Source of the DNA: a virus
Lineage: Duplodnaviria > Caudoviricetes
Length of the DNA: 61,061 nt
Virus record (IMG/VR): IMGVR_UViG_3300008012_000030
Location: 1-61,061 of that record
Strand: one strand, 5' to 3'
Shown here: piece by piece, positions 18,316 to 28,224 of the stretch
Position numbering within the stretch: position 1 is the stretch's first letter
How the letters are laid out: each line of letters opens with the position of its first letter
The notes under the pieces: generated by a model
Told to the model about the DNA's origin: nothing
Database searches by the model: none
Seen by the model: the letters and a program-made list of their open reading frames with translations, nothing else
Program-made: the position numbers and the translations under genes

Positions 18316-19578
18316 TTAAATTAAATTTACCCAACTACCGTTTTCATAACCCTGAAATTTGTTGTCAGTTGTGTTGTAAATTATATCTCCGTTTTGTGGT
18401 ACTAGTGCATCTCTTGCAGTTGTTGTAAAACTTGCCATGCGCAATGCTGAATTTTGTAATATAACTCCGTCTGGAGCACTTATTGTTAAAGTGCTTGCGC
18501 TGTCAATTTTAGGAGTACCTGCAGAAGTCGTTACAAAGTTGTTTGCATATGCAGTATTTCGTACACTAAGATCATTTTCTACAGTTAGATCTGACGAAGT
18601 TGTTACTGGTGGCGTAAAAGTAATACCGCTACTATCATCTGTGTCTATTACACTATTAGATAGAGTAAAATTACCAATACCACCTCCACCGGCTGCATCT
18701 TCAAAAGTAAAATTGCCGGCACCGTCTGTTGTCAAAATTTGACCTACTGTGCCGTCAGTAATACCTAAATCTGTCAAGGTGTTAATGACTGGATAAACTG
18801 GCTGTACCCATTGGTTACTATCTTCATCTTCTACATATACAAAAAGTTTTGCAGTAGAACTATCAAACCAAATAGATCCATTTGTAGGACTTTCAGGAAC
18901 AGTTTCTGATACACTTATACTTGTATCGCCGGCACCTGATCCTGGAGCAGCTGTTGATATTTCATTACCCATTCCATTATGGCTTGTACACCAATAATAG
19001 AGTGTAGAAGGAGTTGCAGCTGTTACTGTTATCTGAACACTCCTCTGTGAAGCCGCTGCAAATTTATCAAAATATGTTTGTTTATTTACAGGATCATTAT
19101 TAATTTTATAAATTACTTTTGTTAAATAGGTTGTGCCTCCGGCTCTTTCTCCGTCTATATTGTCACTGCTAAAATTTAAAGGATGAATGTTAGCTGTAGA
19201 GCCTGTTGGATTTGGAAAAAATTCGTTTGTTGAGTCATTTTGGTTAAAAATGTAGGTAAATCCCTGCACAAAAGTAAGAGTAGGTTTGTATACTCCGTTA
19301 ATAAAGTATTTGTTGCCGGCTTCTAAACCATCAGGATCTACACCTACTGTTACTGTGTATTCTACTACACCAACTCCACTATCAATTAGATGTTCTGTGA
19401 TATTAGAGTTTGTAATTACACTAAATCCTCCAGCATCATTGCCAGAATATAGTCTAAGTGTATTAGACTGCTTATCAAAAAACACTTCACCACTGTTACC
19501 CACGTTACGATCTAGAAAATCATCTGGTCTGGGTATAATTCTAATTCTATCTACAATAGGTGCTTGATTGCTTGCCAT
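18316..19578 (-). CDS. Virion structural/fibre protein with cupredoxin-like motif
   Basis: GEVFFD...LRLY.G head, IHPL...LYYWCTSHNGMG, P.SP.NGSIWFDS module, C-terminal GDIIYNTTDNKFQGY..GSW; ATAAATA at 19600-19606. Confidence 0.7.
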   Translation of the reverse strand: MASNQAPIVDRIRIIPRPDDFLDRNVGNSGEVFFDKQSNTLRLYSGNDAGGFSVITNSNITEHLIDSGVGVVEYTVTVGVDPDGLEAGNKYFINGVYKPTLTFVQGFTYIFNQNDSTNEFFPNPTGSTANIHPLNFSSDNIDGERAGGTTYLTKVIYKINNDPVNKQTYFDKFAAASQRSVQITVTAATPSTLYYWCTSHNGMGNEISTAAPGSGAGDTSISVSETVPESPTNGSIWFDSSTAKLFVYVEDEDSNQWVQPVYPVINTLTDLGITDGTVGQILTTDGAGNFTFEDAAGGGGIGNFTLSNSVIDTDDSSGITFTPPVTTSSDLTVENDLSVRNTAYANNFVTTSAGTPKIDSASTLTISAPDGVILQNSALRMASFTTTARDALVPQNGDIIYNTTDNKFQGYENGSWVNLI

Positions 19579-19636
19579 TTTTTATTCCTTAGCTTAGTAT
19601 ATTTATTCAATAACAGATCACTAGGAAGTTCTTTTA

Positions 19637-19644
19637 TATAAATA
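19637..19644 (+). promoter_or_regulatory. Exact T4 late promoter consensus TATAAATA upstream of groES
   Basis: TATAAATA 33 nt before the groES ATG, followed by an AGGAG RBS. Confidence 0.7.
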
Positions 19645-19677
19645 TCATAGTTAAACTATCAGTTTATAGGAGTTATA

Positions 19678-19980
19678 ATGACAATAGAAGTTTTACCAAC
19701 ATCGGATAATGTTTTTATCAAAAAAATTGAAGATGATCAAAAAACAAAATCTGGGTTAGTCTTACCAGATGACGTAGCAGAACGTCCAACAAAAGGCGAA
19801 ATCCTTGCTGTTGGAGAAGGAAAAATAAATGACGAGGGTAAATTATTACCTATGAAACTTTCAATTGGTGATATTGTACTCTTTCCAAAGTATTCTGGAC
19901 ATCCTATTAAAATTGAAGGTGAAGAAAGACTTATTTTAAGCCAAACAGAAATTTTAGCAATTTTAAAGGAGAATAATTAA
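19678..19980 (+). CDS. groES: Co-chaperonin GroES (Cpn10)
   Basis: P..DNV.I, mobile loop KTKSGLVLPD, G.ILAVGEG, GDIVLF.KYSG, EILA. Confidence 0.95.
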   Translation: MTIEVLPTSDNVFIKKIEDDQKTKSGLVLPDDVAERPTKGEILAVGEGKINDEGKLLPMKLSIGDIVLFPKYSGHPIKIEGEERLILSQTEILAILKENN

Positions 19981-21653
19981 TGGCTGGTATAAATCCAAGA
20001 AAAGTTATTTTAGGTTCTCAAGCAAGAGAACAACTTATAGAAGGTGCAAACATACTTGCAGATGCTGTAAAAACCACATTAGGACCTAAAGGAAAAAATG
20101 TTATAATTCAAAGAACCTACGGACCACCTCAGGTTACTAAAGATGGTGTAACTGTGGCAAGAGAAATATTTTTAGAAGACACACTTCAAGATACAGGTTC
20201 TAGGCTTGTTAAACAAGCAGCTAATCAAACAGCAGATGATATCGGTGATGGAACAACAACGGCCACTGTACTTGCTCAAGCTATGATAAAAGAAGGTATG
20301 AAGTTTGTAACTGCTGGTATTAGTCCAATAAATTTAAAAAGAGGAATAGATTTTGCACTTGCACAAGCAGTAGAAAAATTAGAATCAATTTCTAAAGAAT
20401 GCAAAGAACCTGAAACAATTAAGCAAGTTGCTACTATAAGTGCAAACGGTGATGAACACATGGGTGAACTTATATCAGAGGCATTAATCAAAGTAGGACA
20501 TATAGGTGCAGTTACAGTAGAAAACAGTACTCAATTAACTGACGAACTTGATTTTGTATCTGGTATGAGTTATGATCACGGGTTCTATTCTCCTTATTTT
20601 ATAAATTCAGACAAACAAAAATGTGTTCTAGAAAATCCTTACATTCTAATATTAGATAGACCTGTTTTAAATGTTAATGACCTAGTACCAATTTTAGAAA
20701 AATTAGCGGCATCTGGTAGATCATTTTTAATCATGGCTGAACAGATTAATAATGATGCTTTAGCAACACTAATTCTAAACAATGCACAAGGTCATGTTAA
20801 ATGCTGTGCTGTAAGATCACCGGATTGGAAGGGTGAAAAACGCAAGTACCTAATCGAAGATGTAGCAGCTTTAACAGGAGGTGTAGTACTGAGTGATGAA
20901 AATGGTATGAGACCAGAAAAAGCAGAACTAACAGATCTAGGACAAGCTAACAGAGTAGAAATTACTAAAGATATGACAACTATTATTGGCGGTCATGGTG
21001 ACAAGAACAAAATTGAAAGCCGTATAGAAGGCATCCAAATGGAAATAGACGAATACAAAATAGGTCCAAAAACATTTCCTAAATGGCAATTAGAAGAAAG
21101 AATTGCAAAACTACAAGGCGGTATTGCTGTTATTAGAGTAGGTGGTCCAACAACAGTTGAAATCAATGAAAAGAAGGACAGATACGATGACAGTATTCAC
21201 GCTACAAGGGCAGCTATTAAAGAAGGTGTAGTTGCTGGTGGCGGAGTAGGATATTTAAGATTAATTAAACATCTAGAAACTATCGAACCAAAAAATGAAG
21301 AGCAAAGAGCAGGTATTCAAGTTGTTATAAATTCATTGACAGAACCATTAAGAACTATTTCACATAATGCAGGTGATAAACCAGATGTAGTAATGAATGA
21401 AGTGTTAAACGGCAGTGATGAATACGGATTTGACGCAAGTAATGGAACGTATGGTAATATGTTTGAAACTGGTATTATTGATCCTACAACTGTAGTAAAA
21501 GCAGCTATGTTAAATGCAGGATCAGTAGCAGGATTGCTATTAACAACTGATTGTGCAATTTACGAGATACCCGATGAAGCAACAAAAAGCGGATTTGTAC
21601 CATCTCCGCCTGCAGGACATGAGTTACCAAGAGAATTTAATAATACAGACTAA
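19980..21653 (+). CDS. groEL: Chaperonin GroEL (Cpn60)
   Basis: TLGPKGKNV, TKDGVTVA, GDGTTTATVLA, EKKDRYDDSIHATRAA, EGVVAGGG, GIIDP; TAATG coupling to groES. Confidence 0.97.
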   Translation: MAGINPRKVILGSQAREQLIEGANILADAVKTTLGPKGKNVIIQRTYGPPQVTKDGVTVAREIFLEDTLQDTGSRLVKQAANQTADDIGDGTTTATVLAQAMIKEGMKFVTAGISPINLKRGIDFALAQAVEKLESISKECKEPETIKQVATISANGDEHMGELISEALIKVGHIGAVTVENSTQLTDELDFVSGMSYDHGFYSPYFINSDKQKCVLENPYILILDRPVLNVNDLVPILEKLAASGRSFLIMAEQINNDALATLILNNAQGHVKCCAVRSPDWKGEKRKYLIEDVAALTGGVVLSDENGMRPEKAELTDLGQANRVEITKDMTTIIGGHGDKNKIESRIEGIQMEIDEYKIGPKTFPKWQLEERIAKLQGGIAVIRVGGPTTVEINEKKDRYDDSIHATRAAIKEGVVAGGGVGYLRLIKHLETIEPKNEEQRAGIQVVINSLTEPLRTISHNAGDKPDVVMNEVLNGSDEYGFDASNGTYGNMFETGIIDPTTVVKAAMLNAGSVAGLLLTTDCAIYEIPDEATKSGFVPSPPAGHELPREFNNTD

Positions 21654-22069
21654 GGTTTAGAAGGCCAATTTATTTCAAATGGAAAACTAACTTGATTTGG
21701 TACATCACGTAGCGCAGTTCTATAAGTAGCCCACTGCGCTTTTTTTGAGTCGCTTAATTCTCCACTAATTTGAGTCCAATCACTTTTTAATAGTCGGTCG
21801 TCGCGTTCGGCTCTAATTTCTGCAGCTTTTTCTTGTTCTGTCATAGGATGTGAGCTATAATTAGTAGGAGGAAATGATACTTCGCCGTAGTCGCCGTTGT
21901 CTAATTTTATCCACATAGCACTACTAAATTCATCTGTAGAATCTTTTTTAGCCCAAAATGCTATTGGTTCTGAAATTTCAGCAAATTTTATATGGCAATA
22001 TATGTCATTTATCATATCAGTTCCTCGCTGTATTAAGGATACTGATTCAATAGTTAGATCTTTAAGCAT
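21650..22069 (-). CDS. Tail fibre assembly chaperone (Tfa-like)
   Basis: IRAERDDRLLKSDWTQ...WATYRTALRDVP.Q..FP..I.WP.KP; AGGA RBS; GATAAATA at 22096-22103. Confidence 0.85.
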   Translation of the reverse strand: MLKDLTIESVSLIQRGTDMINDIYCHIKFAEISEPIAFWAKKDSTDEFSSAMWIKLDNGDYGEVSFPPTNYSSHPMTEQEKAAEIRAERDDRLLKSDWTQISGELSDSKKAQWATYRTALRDVPNQVSFPFEINWPSKP

Positions 22070-22105
22070 GTTTCTTTCCTACACTTTATATAAAGTATTT
22101 ATCAT

Positions 22106-22759
22106 TTACTTGCTATTTGAATTGAAACCAACACCAGGTCTTTTATCGTAAGCAAATTCAGGGTAATATGGCCCATTTTTATTTATGTAATGAAAGAACC
22201 CTTGTACTTGATAACTGTTAGAGCCTGCTTCAAATGGATCTCTCCAATGTTCTATTTCGCATCCTCTATATATTATACAATCTCCCGGCTGTTGAGGGGT
22301 CATTATACCCTTATTACCTTTAGAAATAAAGTCTTGATCGTGCATATTGTGTCTATAGGTAGGATCAACATACATGCCCCAGTTATAACTAGAATCTACA
22401 TCTAAATAATTAAATCCAAAACATATTGTTGTAGAAATTTCGCAACTTGGACGATCTGTGTGACGCTCTAATTCCATTCCGGGTCTGTAAACTCTAAAAT
22501 AAGAATAAGTTGGGCAAAGTTCTAATCCGGTATACTTTTCCATATGCGGTTTCATAAAAACCATCAATGTTTCCATTAATGTATCAGCGTATATACTATG
22601 AGAGTAGGGAACTTGACCATTATCATCTTCTTTTTTTGGGTTTACGGTTTCTTGCAATAGACAATATTGTGTAGTAATATTGCAAATATCTTTTGGTATA
22701 ATCCCTTGTAGAGCAATATATCTGTTTTCTTGAAAATTTTTATGATTTACTATTTCCAT
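22106..22759 (-). CDS. 2OG-Fe(II) oxygenase
   Basis: PTYSYFRVY, HTDRPSCEIS (HxD), GD..IY.GC..EHWR. Start taken at MEIVNH (22759). Confidence 0.82.
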   Translation of the reverse strand: MEIVNHKNFQENRYIALQGIIPKDICNITTQYCLLQETVNPKKEDDNGQVPYSHSIYADTLMETLMVFMKPHMEKYTGLELCPTYSYFRVYRPGMELERHTDRPSCEISTTICFGFNYLDVDSSYNWGMYVDPTYRHNMHDQDFISKGNKGIMTPQQPGDCIIYRGCEIEHWRDPFEAGSNSYQVQGFFHYINKNGPYYPEFAYDKRPGVGFNSNSK

Positions 22760-23544
22760 GGTTTTCCTAAACTCCAACAAACTAAACTATATCGTGTTCC
22801 AGATGTTACAGGTGTAACTTGATGATATATATGCGACGGAAAAACAACTATACTTCCTCTAGGACGGATCTCTTCACACTCGTGATATCTATCTGGTCTA
22901 TGTGGTCCTAAGTCAAATTTTAAGTTTCCGCCTGTATAATCATTAGGATCTGATAGACTAATTGTTACACTAAGTTTTCTAATTTTGTTCCACATCTGAG
23001 GATTGTCAGTAACATGACTTTCTAAGGGCAACGGATCACCAAAGGCATTCAGCATGTCGTTACCATCTTTATCTTTTTTGGTTGAATGGATTGCAGGATC
23101 ATATTTTTCATAAGGTAATACACCACAATCGGCATGCCAACCATAATATTGATTTAAACCATATTTTGTAAATTGTATGTCTTCGGTAAAATCCCAATCA
23201 AAATTCCAGCCTGCTTGCCTATTTGCCTCATGAATAAACGGCCAAATAGTTTTGTACAGCCAATCATCATTTAACCACGAAACTTCACTATCTCTTAGTG
23301 CAAAATTATTTACATCGTCACCGTCTTTGAGTGCTTCTTCTAGGGTAATGTCAGCGGCATCTTTAACTAAATTAGGATCTAAATCGGACTTTGCCTTCCA
23401 ATCGCCTGTAGTGCCTTCAACTGCATAATTTCCATAATTACGTTTTGCTTCCGACATTTTTTCTAACCCGGTTTCAATAATTTTATCGCATACCTCTTCA
23501 GGCAATGCAGAAACAAAATACCAGTAATTATAGTTTAAAATCAT
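22750..23544 (-). CDS. 2OG-Fe(II) oxygenase, PKHD/prolyl-4-hydroxylase type
   Basis: QFTKY...YGWHAD, RKLSVTISL, GGNL, FPS..YHQVTPVTSGTRYSLVCW. Confidence 0.9.
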   Translation of the reverse strand: MILNYNYWYFVSALPEEVCDKIIETGLEKMSEAKRNYGNYAVEGTTGDWKAKSDLDPNLVKDAADITLEEALKDGDDVNNFALRDSEVSWLNDDWLYKTIWPFIHEANRQAGWNFDWDFTEDIQFTKYGLNQYYGWHADCGVLPYEKYDPAIHSTKKDKDGNDMLNAFGDPLPLESHVTDNPQMWNKIRKLSVTISLSDPNDYTGGNLKFDLGPHRPDRYHECEEIRPRGSIVVFPSHIYHQVTPVTSGTRYSLVCWSLGKPWK

Positions 23545-24161
23545 CTAAAAATTGCTCCATGAACATGTCCTAAGATAATATTTTTTTCGCCGCTGGTAAC
23601 AGAATTTATTTTCCAAGTTAAGAAACTAGGAAAAATAACAATTGATCCTTTAGTATTACAATCAATTTTTGAAGTGTCTGTATTTAAAAATTCTAATTCT
23701 CCGCCTTGATATTCACTTTTATCTGACAAATTTATAATAAATGACATTTTACGAGTAGTAGCCATTGGAGTAATATCTATGTGCCAATCATAATAGTCAT
23801 TTTCACTGTATTTAAAAATTTGCGGAAAATCTTGATCAATAATTCCTAATAATCTAAAATCGTAGATCTCGTCATTGGCTTGTTTTGTAATAGATCTAAT
23901 ATGTTGAAAGGGAAATCCTTCAACTTCTCCTCTAATTTTTTGACGTTTAGAAGAGTGCAATTCTTTCTCACCAACTACTCTTGATTTAATCCAAAGATCT
24001 TCTAAACATCCGTCTAGTATTGTTTTACAATCTTCATCATTAAAAAGTTCTGCTACGTTTACTGATAAAATATCTAAACTTGCAAGTTTAGTTGATGTAG
24101 TTTCTTGTACAGCAGCATCTGTAAATCCGCTGTTTTGTTCAAATGTCGATTCGTTATCCAT
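23541..24161 (-). CDS. 2OG-Fe(II) oxygenase-like protein, PKHD type, lacking the distal His
   Basis: YDWHID and RKMSFIINL are present, but FPSFLTWKINSVTSGEKN replaces FPS..HxVxPV..G.R. Confidence 0.8.
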   Translation of the reverse strand: MDNESTFEQNSGFTDAAVQETTSTKLASLDILSVNVAELFNDEDCKTILDGCLEDLWIKSRVVGEKELHSSKRQKIRGEVEGFPFQHIRSITKQANDEIYDFRLLGIIDQDFPQIFKYSENDYYDWHIDITPMATTRKMSFIINLSDKSEYQGGELEFLNTDTSKIDCNTKGSIVIFPSFLTWKINSVTSGEKNIILGHVHGAIFR

Positions 24162-24207
24162 AGTTAGTCCTTTTAGTTATATGTATACTTATTTCAATCT
24201 ATTTGTG

Positions 24208-25386
24208 TCAATCAAAATAATGATACTGCATGTCTTGATCTAGATTTTTCCAAACTCCTGCCGGAAATGGAAATACTAAAGTTTGGTTTGTATAATATGC
24301 TGGTTCTAATCCTTTCATAGTATTAACATGTTGTTGCCATTTAGGATTAGATTCTAACTTTTCTTTACATTTTTTTGATGTTATTTGCCAAAATGTGCTA
24401 TCAAAAGTAGAGCCGCCGTGATACATATAATTGATGAATAATTCATAGTCTTCGGCTAAGTTGTGTAAATGAATATTTGCGGTTTCTTCTGTGTGAACAT
24501 TCGCTAAAACTACATCAAAAAAAGTTCTTATTATAGAATCATACATCCAACCAGATAGAGCCTCTAACGGTTCAAAGAATATAGCTCTATTTCCATTTTT
24601 TATAATCCTTCCGTCTATAAACTTTTTTGCTTTATAATTCTTAAATGAGAATTCACGTAAATTAAGTTTGTTTTTATCTGTATTGAATATTTCAGCAATG
24701 TTATCTATTGCCTCATCTTTTGTTGTAATTTTATCATTGTACAAATAACCCCATCCTTGTCTTGACTGCAACGGAATACCAAACATCCAACCATTAGGAT
24801 GTGCATAATGATACGTATAATTCCAATCTCCCGGCTTTGGTATCATATTTACAATGGCATGATTAACAGGAATATCTACCATTTCGTATTCTGAATAATC
24901 TTTAGGATATCCCCTACAATCTATGACATAATCAAAATCATGACTGGTATTATCTACAAAATTAATTACAGCTTTTTGTTGTAAATTATCTAAAGATTTT
25001 ATTTCACCTTCTAATACTTGGAACTTATTGTTCCATTTTTCTTTAAATCTTTTAAATGCAAATTCTTTAAGTTTAAAGTTATTGAAATGCATAGCATAAA
25101 AAGGAGGAGGTATTTTAGTAAAAAAGTCTTTTTCCCTCCAATTTACATATTTTACTCCATGTTTAATTGTGCTATCAAGTTCAGACATATCTTGTAAAAA
25201 ATTTAGATCTGCACCATAAAATAATGTTGTTGGTATTTGAGTGCTCGTACTTTCTCCTATTCCTAACATAGGAATATTTGGATCATATACTGAAGTAATC
25301 TGCCATTCATTTGTAAAAAATGCTAAACAATGAGCTAATGAAACAACTCCTGCTGTCCCTGTACCTAATACTGCAATTTTTTTCAT
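24208..25386 (-). CDS. Flavin-dependent halogenase-like protein (tryptophan halogenase family, short form)
   Basis: LGTGTAG, GIGEST, TIKHG (catalytic Lys position), IDCRG, WMFGIP, FFEPLEA. Confidence 0.82.
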   Translation of the reverse strand: MKKIAVLGTGTAGVVSLAHCLAFFTNEWQITSVYDPNIPMLGIGESTSTQIPTTLFYGADLNFLQDMSELDSTIKHGVKYVNWREKDFFTKIPPPFYAMHFNNFKLKEFAFKRFKEKWNNKFQVLEGEIKSLDNLQQKAVINFVDNTSHDFDYVIDCRGYPKDYSEYEMVDIPVNHAIVNMIPKPGDWNYTYHYAHPNGWMFGIPLQSRQGWGYLYNDKITTKDEAIDNIAEIFNTDKNKLNLREFSFKNYKAKKFIDGRIIKNGNRAIFFEPLEALSGWMYDSIIRTFFDVVLANVHTEETANIHLHNLAEDYELFINYMYHGGSTFDSTFWQITSKKCKEKLESNPKWQQHVNTMKGLEPAYYTNQTLVFPFPAGVWKNLDQDMQYHYFD

Positions 25387-25979
25387 GTTTCGTCCACGTA
25401 ATTAAACCAACCTGTAATGATATATTTTTCTTGTGTCGGAGAAGGGATTCCTCTATGTGTAAAAGTCCAATCAGCTGGCCAAATAACAGTTTTTCCAATT
25501 TCTGCATTTACAGTAAGTTTTTGATTTAGCCATTCTGTTCCTCCTCCATCCGTAACATTATTCAAATATGTCATAAAAACTAAATGCCTAGTAACTGTAA
25601 TAGGATTGCCACTACAGCGTTCAGTGTGCCATGCATGGTATGCTTGCCCAGGTTTATACCATTGTATATTTAATGGTCTAAGCAATCTCCATGGAGCATA
25701 CATATCACAAGATGGGTATTTTTCTATATATTTTTCGACACATTTTTGTAATTGTTCAACATATTCAGCAACAACAGGAAAATCTAAACTATCGTCTATT
25801 GTTAATGATAAATCAGTAGATTCTTTTACAGATGGAGATGCTGTTACCAGTTTGCCGCCTTCAAAATTCATAGGTTTTTGTTTAGGATCCATTCTTGGGT
25901 GTGCATGAAACGTTTTAATCAACCTCTCGCATATACTTTCATCCATATAATATGTTTCTAAGAACAAGTTTTTTTCCAT
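25383..25979 (-). CDS. 2OG-Fe(II) oxygenase
   Basis: NIQWY.PG..YHAWHTE, FMTYLN.V.DGGGT, IWPA.WT.THRG, KYIITGW. Confidence 0.88.
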   Translation of the reverse strand: MEKNLFLETYYMDESICERLIKTFHAHPRMDPKQKPMNFEGGKLVTASPSVKESTDLSLTIDDSLDFPVVAEYVEQLQKCVEKYIEKYPSCDMYAPWRLLRPLNIQWYKPGQAYHAWHTERCSGNPITVTRHLVFMTYLNNVTDGGGTEWLNQKLTVNAEIGKTVIWPADWTFTHRGIPSPTQEKYIITGWFNYVDET

Positions 25980-25995
25980 GGTGGCTCCAATTTCA

Positions 25996-26008
25996 CTAAA
26001 TATTTATC
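25996..26008. promoter_or_regulatory. Overlapping divergent late-type motifs (CTAAATA on +, GATAAATA on -)
   Basis: ctaaatatttatc in the 54-nt gap between divergent genes starting at 25979 and 26034. Confidence 0.6.
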
Positions 26009-26033
26009 TTAGTAGTTAATAGGAAGAAATTAA

Positions 26034-27575
26034 ATGAAAATAGTTATTGTCGGTGGTGGTACAGCAGGTTGGATGGCTGCACTTATGTTATCTAGTAGAC
26101 ATCCTAATCATAAGATTGAAGTTGTAGAGTCTACTAAGATAGGAATCATAGGTGTAGGGGAAAGCACTACAGGATTACTCAGTGATTTACTTAATAACCA
26201 TTTGTGGGATTTTGGTTGTGATCACAATGAGTTTATTGCAGAAACGGGCGCCTCAATCAAATATGGTATTAAGTTTACAGGTTGGACTCCAGACACTAAT
26301 GACTATTATATAGGACCAATTGACGGCAGTCTTACCAAAGAACACACACCTGATATATTTTTTGCATACGGATGTGCTAATCTTGCAAAAAAAGATCTTG
26401 TAAAAGTTTCAGAAACTGGTAACTACATTAACAAAGGATATACAAATTTTGACTTATCTACTGGTCAGTTTGTAGATCTTACACATGCAATGCATGTTGA
26501 TGCCCATTTAGTTGGAAAATATTTTCAAAAAGTTACTTTACGAAAACCAAATACTTCGCACATAGACGCAAAGGTATTAGATTGTACATTAAATGAAAAA
26601 GGGTTTATTAATAATATTATATTAGAAGACGGTAGGAAAATAGAAGGAGATTTTTTCATTGATTGTTCGGGATTTTCAAGACTACTTATTAGTAAAATGC
26701 CAGGTAATGACTGGGTAAGTTATCAAAAACATCTACCGGTCAACACAGGCTTACCATTTTTACTAGACTATAAAGAAGATGAAATGCCAATGCCGCATAC
26801 ACATGCCTGGGCTCAAGATGCAGGATGGATGTGGCAGATACCTTTATTAGATAGAATAGGAAACGGATATGTTTTCTGTGACGATTTTACTACTCCAGAG
26901 AAAGCTCATCAAGAAATTGAACAACGATTAGGAAGAGAAATTGATGTGCAAAAAGTAATCAAATTTAACACAGGAAGACAAAAATCATCTTGGATTAATA
27001 ACTGTCTTGCTATTGGTTTATCAAGTGCATTTTTAGAACCTTTAGAAGCAACAAGTATTCATTCTACAATAGTCCAAATAAAAAACTTTACCTTTGATTA
27101 CTTACGAGACGATTTAGAATCTACAATCAATTCAGGAACAGTTAATATTTACAATAAACGTACTAGAACAATGTTTGACGACTTCAAAGATTTTTTGGTT
27201 ATGCATTATATGGGAGGACGAACCGATACAGAGTTTTGGAAACATATTAAATCTGGAGCGACTAGAACAGAGTTTGTAGAAAATTTAATAGAAACAGCAA
27301 AAGTAAGATATCCTAATGTTAATGATTTTCCAAAATATTATGGTGCAGCAGGATGGCCGCTATATAGTTACGTAATGGAAGGTATAGGAGTAATTGATAG
27401 AGATCTTGCATTTAAAGAAATCAATTTTGATGCACCCAGGTTAGGTAACATCTATAAATCAGTTGAAGAAAATTATCTGTACATGCAAAAACAATGGCAT
27501 GAGCAATATTCCAAAAATGCTACTTGGAATGAAATGATAAACTATTTTAGAAAACTAAGAGAAAAACATGTATAA
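26034..27575 (+). CDS. Flavin-dependent halogenase (tryptophan halogenase family)
   Basis: GGGTAGW, GVGEST, ASIKYG, FFIDCSGF, WMWQIP, FLEPLEATS. Confidence 0.92.
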   Translation: MKIVIVGGGTAGWMAALMLSSRHPNHKIEVVESTKIGIIGVGESTTGLLSDLLNNHLWDFGCDHNEFIAETGASIKYGIKFTGWTPDTNDYYIGPIDGSLTKEHTPDIFFAYGCANLAKKDLVKVSETGNYINKGYTNFDLSTGQFVDLTHAMHVDAHLVGKYFQKVTLRKPNTSHIDAKVLDCTLNEKGFINNIILEDGRKIEGDFFIDCSGFSRLLISKMPGNDWVSYQKHLPVNTGLPFLLDYKEDEMPMPHTHAWAQDAGWMWQIPLLDRIGNGYVFCDDFTTPEKAHQEIEQRLGREIDVQKVIKFNTGRQKSSWINNCLAIGLSSAFLEPLEATSIHSTIVQIKNFTFDYLRDDLESTINSGTVNIYNKRTRTMFDDFKDFLVMHYMGGRTDTEFWKHIKSGATRTEFVENLIETAKVRYPNVNDFPKYYGAAGWPLYSYVMEGIGVIDRDLAFKEINFDAPRLGNIYKSVEENYLYMQKQWHEQYSKNATWNEMINYFRKLREKHV

Positions 27576-28224
27576 TGTAAAAAATATACAAGATGATATC
27601 TTTGTAATCAAAAACATTATCCCACAAGAGTATCAAAAAAGTATTCTAGAAAAAATAAAAGGAGACAATAGCTTTCCTTGGTATACAATAGATAAAATTG
27701 GACATAACCAATATTCAACCGACAACAAAAGTCCTTATAAAGATAAAAATGTAAGTGACTTTGGCGGTTTATATCATATGTTATATGATGAAGGCATAAA
27801 AAGGTCGGAGGATTTAGATTTTTTTGCTCCTATATTAAAGAATTATTGTGATATATTTGATAAACATATACAAACAATTTTTAGAATAAGAATGCGGTAC
27901 ACTCATCCTATTCCTGGTCATAACAACACCAAATATGCGGCACCGCATGTTGATTTTAATGATGATATAGATTTTAAAACACTAATTTACTATGTAGATG
28001 ACAGCGACGGCGATACAATATTGTTTAGTAAATTTCATAAACCAGGAATTGATGAATATGATCCTTTTCTCGATGAAGAATTAACAGTGGTATATAAACA
28101 CACACCAAAAAAAGGAGAAGCAATAGTTTTTAACGGAAATAGATACCATGCAGGAAATTATCCAATTACATATGGTAAAAGGATTGTTATTAACTTTGAC
28201 TTTGTAGAAAAAAATGAATCATAG
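27568..28224 (+). CDS. 2OG-Fe(II) oxygenase
   Basis: FPWY, PHVD, IYYVDDSDGDT, F.G..YHAG, RIVINFD. Confidence 0.85.
   Translation: MYNVKNIQDDIFVIKNIIPQEYQKSILEKIKGDNSFPWYTIDKIGHNQYSTDNKSPYKDKNVSDFGGLYHMLYDEGIKRSEDLDFFAPILKNYCDIFDKHIQTIFRIRMRYTHPIPGHNNTKYAAPHVDFNDDIDFKTLIYYVDDSDGDTILFSKFHKPGIDEYDPFLDEELTVVYKHTPKKGEAIVFNGNRYHAGNYPITYGKRIVINFDFVEKNES

Noticed and set aside
19648-19660. Inverted repeat ATAGTT-A-AACTAT before groES as a CIRCE-like operator
   Set aside because: Does not match CIRCE (TTAGCACTC-N9-GAGTGCTAA) and is too short and AT-rich to support.
19678-21653. groESL as evidence that the window is a bacterial chromosome or prophage border
   Set aside because: Flanked on both sides by virion genes, preceded by TATAAATA, and no other bacterial housekeeping genes or integrase are present.
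22083-22096. 14-bp palindrome ACTTTATATAAAGT in the leader of the fibre chaperone gene
   Set aside because: Almost all A/T, single occurrence, no U-tract; plausible by chance in this composition.
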